From the NCBI RefSeq assembly GCF_009914755.1, contig NC_060942.1: DNA of 64,000 nucleotides, one strand, 5' to 3'. The notes under the pieces are model-generated. The model was not told the origin of the DNA, did not search any database, and saw only the letters and a program-made list of their open reading frames with translations. The stretch comes from the human T2T-CHM13v2.0 reference genome, Homo sapiens. This document shows positions 1 through 13,119 of the stretch, piece by piece; the stretch's first letter is position 1; the number at the start of each line of letters is the position of its first letter. Position numbers and translations under genes: made by a program.

Positions 1-442
1 ATTATACAGTTTGAGGATCTTGAATAGCAGAGAAAGTAGAAGTTTAGATTATATCCTTGATGACAAGAAACCAATGAATGAATATATTTCAGTATTTCAC
101 TTCTCATTCCAAGAAGGGTGTTTCTTAGGTTGTATCTCTACCACAGTGATACTTAGGAAGAAATGCAATTTTCAGAGGCAAAGTCATGGCCTAAATATCC
201 CTGATCTTTTCACTTTCTTTAAAAGGTGAAAATTAAGTTAATTTTTACATCAAGTGAAGTCATGCAGGAAGAAATCTCAGCCAAGATGATTTAAAAATTA
301 TATGGGAAGAAGGGGAGAACAATTTCCCTTCGTGCTGGTGTAACGAGGCTGGTGATCAGGGGCCGGTTTTATGAACACAAGTCCCAGATCTTTAGGATTA
401 CTCTGGTTAACCAATTGATGGCCTCTGAAGTTAGCACCCCGG

Positions 443-758
443 TGTTGTAGGACTTTTCCTTAGTTTAGCTAAAAATGGAGTTCTTGTCCGTCCCACAGCC
501 ACAAAAATTTAGGCTCACAGACCCTGTAAAGGGTGAGTAAAGCAGGGTTTTATTGTGTGAAAAGGGGAAAAAAGGGGAAACAGGGATCCCTCACAAGGCC
601 TGAGTCCCCTGCTAGAGCGCCTCCTACCCGCCATTTGAATCCCAGGTTCCACACAGGAAGAGCAGGGGCCAGGCTCCTCCCTACTGCAAATGTAGTGAAC
701 TTCCTGGGGCTCCACCTCAGTGGGCAGGCTGGTTGGAGTTTCTCCAGGGACTCTCTCA
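443..758 (-). mobile_element. 3' LTR of the provirus (MER61-like)
   Basis: Aligns along its length to 5387-5720; minus-strand AATAAA (+ tttatt near 549-554); adjacent PPT at 759-770. Confidence 0.88.
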
Positions 759-3700
759 TTCCCCCTCTAAAGAAGTTCATCTAACTGCCATTAGATTAAG
801 GATAAGGAAGAACACCAACTTTAACTGCTTCCTGCTGACAGGGGGCACTGTTTTGGGGAAACGGCAGAGTTCCCTTAGAGGCCTATCTAAGGGTTCCCAG
901 CAGAAGGGGTCATTGTCAGATGCTCCATTGTGTGACTGTTTGGAGTTTGATGGCCTGAAGGCAAGAAGAGACAAACCAGGTTATTAGAAAACAAGTATCA
1001 AAATGAAACAAGGGGAAGGGTAAGGACAGCTCAAAGATCCCGAGGCCTTTTACCAGTTTGCAGAGGGAGAGGGAGGCCAAAAGCCTGACTGGTAAAAAAA
1101 ACTTTTACCCTTTTGCCGGCATGTTGGGCTTTTGGGCTCTCTTCCCCTGGGCCCAATCTTAAGCCAACAAGTTTAGGGTTTGGGAAATTAACTCTTTTCA
1201 GTTTGGAAGATGCATCTGAAGAGAGTATGTTCATAGTACGGAGACACAATTACCTATCAGTGAAGAGGGGACCGAGGAGGAGAAAGGAATAAAAAGAAGG
1301 CATTTTTTCAAAGAAGTCCCAGGGTTTCAGGATGCATTCTAAAGGGGTACAGACTGAAAATGAATGGCTACACATCTAGAAAGAGGGGAGCAGGCATCCC
1401 TGGTTCCCTTCTCTTTGTAACAGATATCCAGGGGTAAGTGAGGGACAGAGAGAAAAGCATCCTCTTTCCCTCTTCCATCCTCACATCCCCAAGTTCCAGT
1501 GACCTTGGCAGGTGCTGCCATGAATTGCAAAGCAGCTTGCGCTCATGAAGCAAGGGGGCCAAGGGGGTGGCAATCATCCACTCCTTCCCACATATGCCCT
1601 AACTCCCCTGCTGTCAGTAGCCTTGGTTTCCCTAGACCTCATTTATGCCGTGGATACTAACATGGCCTTTATCTATGAAACAGGAAGCTTGGGGTTGACT
1701 TAATCAGCAGGAATCAGCCACACTCACCTGTGCTGTGCCTTTTAACCTCTGTTGTCATTTGCCTCTGGATCCGTCAGATCCAGTATTTTTTCCTAGGACT
1801 TTGACCCAAAGCTTGGAATTGAGTCTGGAACAAAAATGTATCTCGAGGGGTTGCATGGACTGCTTATCATAAGCCAAATGCTAAGGTGAAACTGAAACTG
1901 AGTCCTCTACCAACAAGGGAGAGAAAATGATGTCATGTGACACACCCAGATAACTTGGAGCTATAGTTATGCTTGCTAGGATTTGGGTGCATGGTGCTTG
2001 GCTTTGGTTAGCTCCCTTGGTTTTACTTTCCCAAAAAGAAACCTCTGGGTGATGCGGATCCTATTTATTCCATCACCTGGCAGGATCTGCAGGATAATTG
2101 CTCAGAACTAGAATATTAATCTGGATTTCTACATTACCCATCCCTCTTGTTCTTTTTGAGCTGCAACCAGAGATTGCTGGTTGGTTCACACGAACAAGCA
2201 TGGTTAGTCTAAAAATGTAGGCAAAAACTTAAAAACAAGTAATGAGTTTAGAAATTAATGACAAATATAAGTTTTGAAACATGATTCATCTCTCTCCATT
2301 CCTCATGTTTGTTAAAAAAAAAAAATCATCATAGGACTAAGTTGTTTAAATAGACTTTAGTTTTATACTTGGCCTGATTATTTGTATAAAGTACAGCCAC
2401 AATAATTATTTCTACATAGGGCTTTTGGATTGGCTTTGATGGAATTCTCTTCCACAAGGAATCTCAGATAAGACTTTTTAAAGCCAAGCCCAACCATGGG
2501 TTTGTATCCTCAAACACCTGTGAGTTGGATGATCCTCTCTCTTAAGGTCCCAAGATAAACTTGGAGCTCCTAGACCTGTTAGAAAGTGACATTCTTTACT
2601 GACCACAGTCAGGAACCCTGTACAGGGACTGCATAGACAAGGGTATCAGGCCAGTTTCCCCATTGGGCTTTTATCAGCTCTGTAAGCTGATATTGACTCC
2701 TTAAAGGGAAGCATACCCTTCCCATAAAAGCCTTAGTAAAATAACCAATTCTTCCAATTGCATTCTGTTGCAAAAGGAAATGGATTCTTATTGCACTGAT
2801 GCAAACAACTATATTGCCATAAGTTAAGAGTATTCACAGATAGTTTCCAAATTCTAGAGTACCCAGGCAGAGAGAAACAAACACACTCCCAATCTTGATC
2901 ATAAGGGCACACCTTGCTTAATTATTAAAGGCCATAAATAGTTCAAAATAAGTTCCCTTGACTATGAAAAATAAATGGATCAGTAATATCCTAACCAAAC
3001 GTCAAAAAGTTTGCTTTAGCTTTCTGAGTTCAGTCCATTTAGTTAACTGTTGTTCTGCTTGATATTCATGAACATTTCAGCTCTTCATGAGTCCTGTACA
3101 TTTTCCTTTATTCCAATGTTACAATTTCCAAAATTATCAGAAGCTTGTATTTGAGAGCACCTGTTACTATAGCTTATTATAAACCATCTTTTGAAAAGAC
3201 TTAAAAGACAACAATTGTTTGTGAATAACAAAATGCCCAGGGTAGTTCCACTTAGAAACACAATTGACAAAGAAGTTTGGTTATCTCTGAGGTTTATAAT
3301 AACATCAAAATCTTAATTAATCATAATTAAGTATATGCTATCATGATTGACATGCAAATTTTAGAAATCCCATACAATTTTGAAACATATATTAGCATTA
3401 TTCACCAAGATATAACCTAAGAAAAATTGAGCATCATTTTGGCAATCCCTTGTAGCTAAACATGTCAAATAATCCTATGTACCTCTCTTTTCTGGACACT
3501 TCAGGGGCACTCTGAAGTATTTGAAAAGCCAGGTATCAGGGAAGACAATTTTGAAACTGAAGTTTGATTTTGGGAAGGCTGTTAAATGTTCGAGGTTTCA
3601 AACACTTGATATTACAAAACAGAATTCAAGATTACCATAAGTTACTCATTTTGCCCAAATGATGATGCAGAAGTTTTAAAGAAGCAAAAACCTTTATAAA

Positions 3701-4769
3701 CCTTTACAAATATTGCCAAAGAGCAGATTAATGCCTTAGGAAAATCTTGTTATGCTTTTATTTCAATGCTCAATTTACAGAAAACCGTATAATACCCTGT
3801 TTTTGAATTTCGTCACTATGTTCACACAGAGAACCTCTTCTAAAAGATTAATTCCACAATTCTTCCACCACTTCTTTGAACCTTCAGCTTTCCTAATTTA
3901 ACACAAAACAATCCTTTAACCCTAGGCAAAAGTTTACATTCCATGCCTTCTTATAATCTTTACTAAAAAACACATTTTACTGTTTTTACACACCTTGGAT
4001 GTAAATCTATTTCTAGTAGCCTAGCAATTTTTAACTGTAAGGTAAAACTTGGTAAGTTGCTTTAATTGCGTGCTAACTAAAGCCAAGATTGGCCTTCTTA
4101 GTTAAGGGTGTGGTTAATTCCATATGTTCCCAGGCCTTACCAATTGTGAAGCCAGCAAGTCAAATAGTTCTCAAAACCCAAAAAGCAGCTTGTAACCTCA
4201 AAACACTTAGCATACCTTGCACCTGACATACATTTTACTAATAGTCTTTAGGACTGTTTTTATTTCTTAAAGATTAAAATCACGTGAGCTGAAAGGTACC
4301 ATAGCTTTTCACTTCCCTTACAAAATACTTGATCAAAGGACTTGTCTTTCTTTAAGCCAAATTAATCAGAGCTCTTCTTACACACATCACACACAGTACA
4401 CATACAGGTAGAAGAAAACCTAGTCGCTGGGTGGGGCCCTTTAAGAGACAGCTCTAGGAAAACATGCAGATGTCAAACCAGAAAGGGCTCATCCCCTATG
4501 GCAGGCTTGCCAAACAAAGCTTTGCCAAGTGGTTACCGGCCATGGCCCGCAGGATATAAAGCAAGATGGAGGCTTAATTTCACAACCAAAACTTTGCAGA
4601 AAATATAAACAGTGATGGTTGTTGCGGGCGGGAGGGGGCGGCGGCGGGGGGCGGGGGGTGCCTGGCCTAGCAAAACATCTTCTAAAAGAAAAAAAAAACT
4701 TTAAAACTTAACTTGCTGATTGGGTACAGAAAGGGAAAGAAAATAAACAGTTTAAAAATGCCTAGGGAA

Positions 4770-5134
<365 letters not shown>

Positions 5135-5364
5135 TTACTGGCTGATGGAGCTGAATCTCTTGGCGGGGAAGGGGAAGGCTCCAGCCGTTCATGGCGGAAA
5201 ATGCCAGCCAGCTGCCCCGGGATCCTTGAGCCGTGCCTCCCATTCCGGCAGGGAGTTGGGGGTGGAGGGGAGACACTGCTCACCAGTTGGTCCCAAAAAA
5301 GGAAGGAAAAGGTCAAGCAACAGTGAGAGGTTTTGAGTCTCCATTTCACTCACCGCTTCTGGTG

Positions 5365-5382
5365 CCCCCACATTGCGCGCCA
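5365..5382 (-). other. Primer-binding site, tRNA-Lys1,2-like
   Basis: TGGCGCGCAATGTGGGGG versus canonical Lys1,2 PBS TGGCGCCCAACGTGGGGC (15/18), 4 nt from the LTR end. Confidence 0.7.
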
Positions 5383-5386
5383 AAAA

Positions 5387-5720
5387 TGTTGCAGGACTTT
5401 TTCTTAGTTCAGCTGAAGATAAAGTTCTTGTCCGTCCCACGGCCATGAAAATTTAGGCTCGCAGATGATTTAAAGGGTGAGTAAGGCAGGGTTTTATTGG
5501 GTAAAAAGGGGAAAAAAGGGGGGACACAGGTATTCCCTCACAAGGTCAGACTCCCCTGCTAGAGCACTTCCCGCCTGCCGTTCGAATCCCAAGTTCCACA
5601 CAGGAAGGGGAGGGGCCAGGCTCCTCAATGCTGCAAACCTGGCGAACTTCCCGAGGCTTCACCTCAGTGGAGAGGCTGGTTAGAATTTCTCCAGGGACCC
5701 TCTGTCACTTGGCTGTCTCA
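5387..5720 (-). mobile_element. 5' LTR of the provirus (MER61-like)
   Basis: Minus strand begins TGAGACAGCC and ends TGCAACA; followed by PBS and a donor-like GCG/GTGAGT. Confidence 0.88.
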
Positions 5721-6185
5721 AAGGGATTTCTTTCTAATTGACAAATTAAGACAGCAACTTTGCATATAGCCCAGATGTCTACATTAAGAAAAAATTAGAT
5801 TGGTCTATTGTCAAATGTAATCTCATTTTCCTAAATAATAACATGGTGACCCTCCTGAATTAAAAAGACAAGACCTAAAGTATTACATAAAAACTTTAAA
5901 ACTTTGTTTTCCTCCAAATGAAGTGAAAATTAGACACCAGGGAGGTAACTGAGTTTCAAACCTGATTGTAACATTGAATATTTCAGCTTTGTCTAATATA
6001 AGCCTAAAGCATAAGAACAAGAAATGAAACAATGCTGATTCAAAGTGGAGTGTCAACTTGACCACTAAAAGTGAACCACTCCATAAAAGTAGGAACCCAA
6101 AGAGGTCCACTGATTCACAAAAGAAGATGCTGAGAAAACGTGCCTGTCTTGAACTTGGCATTGGGTAGAAGGAAAAAAATATATT

Positions 6186-8556
6186 TTACATATGTGTCAT
6201 ATGTGACATATATGTGTCATATAGACATATGGGTAATCTGTGAAATAATATATGACAAGACAAAAATACGACATATATCACACACGACACATATATATCA
6301 CTTATGATACAAATAAGCCACAATGACATATAGATGTATGTCATATGTGGCATATATTTGTCATATGCCATGTGTGACATGCATTAGTCATACAGCATAT
6401 GAAATGTATGTCGTTTCATATGCCAAATATGTGACATGTGTCAAATATGCATCTTATGCGACATGTATAAGACATGAGTCACGTGACATAAGTGTGAAAT
6501 ATGACATGCGGCATGCATGTGGTGTGTCATACAGGGATCATATGGGTCATACATGACAAATGTGTGTCATATGTGTCATAGGCGACACGCGTCGTATGGA
6601 ACGTGTGTTGTGTTATACACGCGACATACGTGTCGTGTGTGACATGTGTGTGACATGTATGTCACATACAAGTCGTTCGTAAGACGTTAGTTTCTATGTA
6701 AATATGCATGCCATGTGCGACGTGTATGTGACGTTTGCATGTGTCATATGTGACTTGTGTCAAATGAGAGTTATATTTCATGTCCCTGTCATCTGTGTCA
6801 CGGATGTGGCACGAATGTGGTATGTATGTTACATGTGTCATAACATGCAAGTGCCATATGTGACTTACGTGTGTCACGTGTGACGTGTCCTGTGTGTCTT
6901 ATAATGTGTAGTGTGTCATATGTAACATGTACATGACATGTATGTGTCATCTGTCACATGTATGTAATATGCATGTGTCATACGTGCCATATCCTGCATA
7001 CACGTGCCATGTAGCTGTCATATATGGCGTTTTCCATGTAGGTGTTATGTATAAGTGTCATATATGGCATATGTGTACCATATATCTCTGGCGTTTGTCA
7101 TGTGTGACATGTGACATGCATGTATCACACGCTGATGCATGTTATGTGCGACATGTGACATGCATGTGTCATGTATGTGCAATATGTAACTTGCAGGAAA
7201 CCTGTATGTGTCACGTGTCCTTTGTAATCTGTAGGAAATGTCATGCATGTGAAGTGTATGTGTCACTTGTTTGTCATGTGTCATATGTGGCATATGTCAT
7301 GCATGTGTCGTGCATGTGTCATGCATGTGACGTGCACGTGTCTTTCATGTGTCGTACATGTGTCACGCATGTGCCATGTGTTGTGCATGTGTCGTGTGTG
7401 ACATGCATATCCAACATGTGTTATATATGATACATATGTCACACCATTGTGTTGTGTTTCCTTTATGTTGTATGTGAAGCATGTCATATGTCACGTAACA
7501 GGAATGCGGGACATTCTGTTCCATATGTGTTATATATGACATGTAAGTGTCATGTGTCGTATATACATCATGCATTCGACCTATGTAACATGTGTGTTAT
7601 ATGTGACATGAATTGGTCATGGGTGACATATAGGTGGTATGTGTGTCACATGTGTCTTTTGTGATGTGTTTCATGTGTCCTAGGTGACACGGATGTGATA
7701 TGAATGTTTCACGTGTCCAGGTGTGTGACGTGTATGTGTTGCACGTGTCACACATCTGTGACGTGTGTCATACATATGTGATATGGGCATATGTTTGTTC
7801 TATTTGGTCATGTGTGTTATGTGACACTTTGTGTCATACATGTGACATAAATGTGCCATGTATGACATGCATGTGACGTCCATGTGTGCCGTGTATGTGT
7901 GTGACCTGTATGTGTTACATGTTACATGCATGCCTGCCACATGCATGTGTCATGTGCGAGTTTATGGCATGTATTTGTCATGTGCCTTATGTGACATGTA
8001 TTTGTCATAAATGAGTTATGCCTGACATATACGCATCATGTGTGTCGTGACAAGTGTGTGATGTGCATGTGTCATGGGACGTGAAATGTGTCATATGTAC
8101 CACATATGCCACACATGACATGCGTCATATATGTGACAGGCATGTGTCACGCGTGTCGTATGCGACATGTTATATATGTGTCATATGCATGTGTTATGTC
8201 ATATGTGAAGTGTCATATGTACTATGGCTGACATGTACGTTTCGTGTTATGTAGTCATGTGTATTATGAATTTCACGTCATGTGTATCATGTGACATGTT
8301 ATGTGTTTTGTGCACTCTATAAACGTCATGTATGACATGTGACATGTATGCACCATACATATGCCGTGTGTGTGATATGTGTGATGCATGTGACATGTAT
8401 GTGCCATAGATGTCATTTGTTGAGTGTGCTCCTCATATCACGTGTGTGTCATGTGTGACAAGCAAGTGACGTGTATGTGTCCTGTAGTTATAAATTAATG
8501 TATCATGTGTGACTTGTACATGACATGCATGTCTTTTGTGTGACACATGCATCATA
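6186..8556. repeat. ~2.4 kb degenerate alternating purine-pyrimidine low-complexity tract (CATG/TGTG/TATG, TGTGACA/TGTCA words)
   Basis: Directly visible: recurrent atgtgacatg, atgtgtcatatg, catgcatg and acgtgt words with sharp boundaries. Confidence 0.95.
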
Positions 8557-11500
8557 CAAAACACTAAAAGTTCTATAATCTCCAGCTTTTTTACCTAAAA
8601 CTAATCTTTTGCATTTTAAGCCGTTCCAATGCTAACAGAGTTACGAAAAAGTAAAATCTGTAATAGCTTTCAGATAATGAAGAGCTTACATTTTCAGAGT
8701 CCAGAAAGCCAAAAGGTAGATAACAAAAATTAAAGGTCCATGAAATCCCGGTAATATATTAAAAGAAGAAAAAAGTCCTTTTTAAACAGATTTTCTCCCA
8801 CCCTTGGAAAAAGCATCTTTTCTATTGTCAATGGCCTGTTTATTCTTTTCTTTCTACTTTGCTTTGCTGATCAGAATGGAATTGACAGGTTGTTGTCCTA
8901 AGCAGTTTTGAAGAATTGATCAGGCAAGACTAATATAGACTTTGATCCCTAATCATTCATCATCATGTACAATTAAAATAAGAAAAAAGCAAAGCTTGGT
9001 ACACACATTCTCTGGGTTCCATGCAAGCAAGCACTTAATGATGGAAGCCAGAGAGTTATTTCACTTTTCACAGAGGCTAAAGTACTCTTCAAAATCAAAT
9101 CTAGATATGAGTGATATATTCATTACTCCAGCAAATCTTAGTGTTCTTAAGGTAATTAGACACCTGTTATAGAGAAACTATTAATGACCAAATAATTTTT
9201 CTTTGTTGTAGAAATGAGGAGGAAGACAAGAATATAATAATTAATTTGAAAGTGATTTTTAAAAATAAAGTGATTTCATAATATATATTTTTGGGATGTC
9301 AAAGTCTGAAATAGAATAAAATCTATATCCTAACTAATTTCACTCAGCACTTTTCACTATAAAATATGCTTAGGATTTAGCAGCGTATACATTAAATGAG
9401 TTTTGATGTGTTAGTATGTATTTATTTTCCTTTAATTCTGTATCTTGAGCTTTCCATCACCAATTCCATCACATTCTCCTTGCTTTTTTTTCCAGACCAC
9501 ACTGACACATTTTTCTGAACTCTGACTGTGCACCTTTTCTATGCTATTTATTTTGTTGCCTACATTATGCCTTATTTTTATCCCCTGTCAATTTTGAGTA
9601 CATTTCACACATTAAATCAGCTTAAAATACTTTGAAGCCAGATATTGTGAATACCACTTTTGACATTCTACAGTGCCTAGGAGGGAGCTGTACTCAAATA
9701 AGTGCTCAATGCATTCCTGTTTCAAATTGAAATAATTAACAAATAAATTTATTTTATTTGTACCATGAATGGATGGTGTAATACCAGATCCAGTTTTATA
9801 AATATGTCATGCTCCCTAAACAGGAAAGTTATTACTACTAACTACTAAATGTTTTGCTTAGGATAATGGTGCCCTTATGTGTAAAAAGTCATTTTTAAAA
9901 GTTTTACCCTAAATAAATATATGAATTAAGCAATATCATTAGTGACATCCTTGTAGAAAATAAGAACAGTCTACTTTAAAATCAATAGGCACTTTAAAAG
10001 GACTACTTTAAAATTAAAGTTAGTATCAACAAGTTTTTGTTTTTAGTTTCACATTTGACAAACATAAACTAGTGTTACCCAATGTTGCCCAAGGTCAAAG
10101 TAAGTGAGAGAGCAAAATCAATTACTTGGTTAATCAAATGATTGATTATACCAGTATAAAGTCACCAACTTACTGAATTAAATTTTCTCTGAAGTTGTGT
10201 AATAAGAAGGAGAGGAATGCTAGCAGAAGACTGACCAATTCTTTCAAGTCTAATAAACATACATTAAAATCGAAGTTTCATCAATTACTACTTACTTCAT
10301 TTGAGAGAACTTCAATTACTAGTTACTGCATTTGAGGTTCAGTTTCCCCATCTCTAAAATGGGAACATTAACTACTTTGCAAAATTGTTTTAGATATTAA
10401 ATAAAATAAAGGATTAATAACATAGAGTATACGCAATTTTATTGATGCTATCCATGGCATAGCATATGCTCAATAAACTCCTTACTATACCAATTATCCA
10501 TCTCTCTTGAAACAGATTATAAATTCAACATTTTCTTTACATTTTCTATTTGATATGTCAGTCATTGTGACTTACTTCATTTCCACAGTATCCTCTAAGA
10601 AAGCTGTTTTGCTCACAGCTCTTTTTGAGGGAGGAGCCCCAGCTCTAGGTTCCAAGCAAGCAAACACTTAATGATGGCAAACATGTACTTCCTGGATAAA
10701 GTAAGCAAGCACTTACTTCCTAGATGTGCCTTATTGAATGGGAAGTGCTCCAGACTCAAAGGCAGCCGGTCCTTAGACTGTGCAGCAACACATGAATAGA
10801 CTAATATGAAATAGATGCTTTAGGTGAGTGAGCTGGGACAATTGGATTCTTGTTCTCAGGAATCAGAATGTAGAAATATAGGGAGAGAAATTAGTGATGA
10901 GAAGGAGCTTACACTAAATCCAGTTGATGAGTTAGAGCAGGGAGTAAGGAATTGTAAGCAAACCAATATCAAGAGACAGACAAAGACAAAGAAGATTTTA
11001 TAGAAAACATAAATAAAGAGACACAGCAAAATAGAGAATGAAAACTAAGAGGACAAAGTAAAGTAGCAAAGAATAGATGGAGAAGTAAGAAGACCAGACA
11101 TACAGAGAAGCAAAGATTGAGGGAATAAACAAAGAGAAAACTAAAAAGAAGATCCACCACAAATTATTGTCATTGTGATTCATAGAGGTGCTGTGTGACC
11201 AGAATTTCTCCATCTGAGAGAATCCCAGCCCTAATTGCTCCTCGCAGGAGAGTAGCTTAGGTCTCCTCCTCATTCTCACATTCCCCACATCTTGAACTAT
11301 AAAAATGGCTTTATTGTAACAAAGTAAAACTTTCAGTTTAAATAAAATGTCTTAGAAACATTTGGGGAGATAGAGGAAGACCTGTGTATTAATAGCAAAT
11401 GAATTAATTAAGCTAATATAGGCATTTCTTCATGACATTAATTTTTCCCACCTCCCATGTGTGACATTGCTACCTCCCTCCAGTTGCTCATGTTGTCCTT

Positions 11501-11820
11501 CCACGTGGAAAATGTCTTTCCAACTTCTTTCTAACTTTATAACACCTAGCTATTTATAAAATGCCCAGTGAAAGCCTCCTAACCTCCTGATTACTCTGCC
11601 TATACAATATCTCTGGAAAACATTCCTCAGCGGTCGTTTTTACACTTAATACTCCACCTCTTATGCTTAAATTGTTGCATTATTAATCAGTGCATTGCTA
11701 TTTTACCTGTTTTGTGTATATAGCTAATCTTCCCTGCAAAAAAAAAAAAAATATGTTATTTGAGAGCAGAAAGTGGGGTAGGCAGATTAATTCCTTTTAT
11801 CATGATCATATGATATCCCC

Positions 11821-12194
11821 CGTATTAGTCCATTCTTATGCTGCTATGAATACCCGAGGCTGGGTAATTTATTTTTTTAAAAAAAGAGGTTTAATTGACT
11901 AACAGTTCTGCAGGGCTCAGGAGGCCTCAGGAAACTTACAATCATAGCAGAAGGGGAAGCAAACACATTCTTCTTCACATGCTGGCAGGAGAAAGAAGTG
12001 CAAGTGGCAAAATGCCAGATGCTTATAAAACCATCAGCTCTCCTGACACCTCACTCACTATTCCGAGAAACAGCATGGGGGAAACCACCCCATGATTCAG
12101 TCTCTTCCCACTGGGTCCCTCCCACAACACATGGAGATTATGAGAACTACAATACAAGATGAGATTTGGGTGGGGGCACAGCCAAACCATATCA
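11821..12194 (-). mobile_element. Solo MaLR LTR, THE1-family (THE1C/D-like)
   Basis: Minus strand starts TGATATGGTTTGGCTGTG; typical THE1 body; perfect 5-bp TSD TCCCC at 11816-11820 and 12195-12199. Confidence 0.92.
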
Positions 12195-13074
12195 TCCCCC
12201 AAAGTAGTAGTACAGAAAAAACATATATAAATAAACAAAAATCAAATAAATAAATGAATGAATGGATGGATAAATTAGTAAATTTAGGGTAGTTCAAAGG
12301 CTTATATAAAATTGTTCATAGGGAATGCACAGGAAAATTTCTTGTTTTTTTAATGAGCAAAACACTAGCATTTGTGCATCAGTTCCTTTGAGTGAGATGG
12401 GCTTCCTTGATTCTTTCTATGAACATAGTTACAATTATTTTTATCACCACCAAAAAAAGCCTTGAGTGGAAAAATATATTTTAGGTATCATATCATCATA
12501 ATTGTATCCTATCAGTCTTCCTATGCATCTACTTGTGTTAAAGAGGGTGTGGCAAGAAATTAACTACTTATAGAAGATAAACTGACAAGAAGGACAGAGG
12601 AGGACTTGACAAAAATCAAGATATTCAATTGGAATTGTTTATTTTTATGTTCTTTTTAATTTCGGGAGAAAATATCTTTCATCTCTTCTCTACACTTGAA
12701 CAGCAGGTGGGCAGACACTGAAATTTTTCAGGAGACTGAGCGTGTGGGCAAGTCACTTGCAAGAAGTTCAAACGTCATGTATACTACTGATATTGACAAC
12801 TGTAACTGCAGGACACAGGAGAAGCAATCCTAGCTGGAGTAGAGCTGGCATTTTCAAGGTATTTTTTTTAAAAATATAAATGCTCTGACACTGATCTAAA
12901 ACCCTAGTTCCCGAGGGCTTTGGTGTGTAACTGCAAAATGTGAGGCCAGTCATATACAAAGGCAAGGATGGAAGATTTTGCTTGAATAAAATTGGGAGCA
13001 GCGTATATATTCTGCCACTTCTAAAATCAACTCTGGCTTCTTGAGTTGGAAAACACCAGATTTGCTATTCATTC

Positions 13075-13075
<1 letters not shown>

Positions 13076-13119
<44 letters not shown>
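13076..13119. repeat. (ATT)n microsatellite
   Basis: About 14 uninterrupted ATT units. Confidence 0.97.

Noticed and set aside
6186-8254. Cys/Met/His/Val-rich ORFs up to 167 aa resembling metal-binding proteins
   Set aside because: Direct consequence of translating TG/CA/TA alternation; they occur in several frames on both strands with no gene structure.
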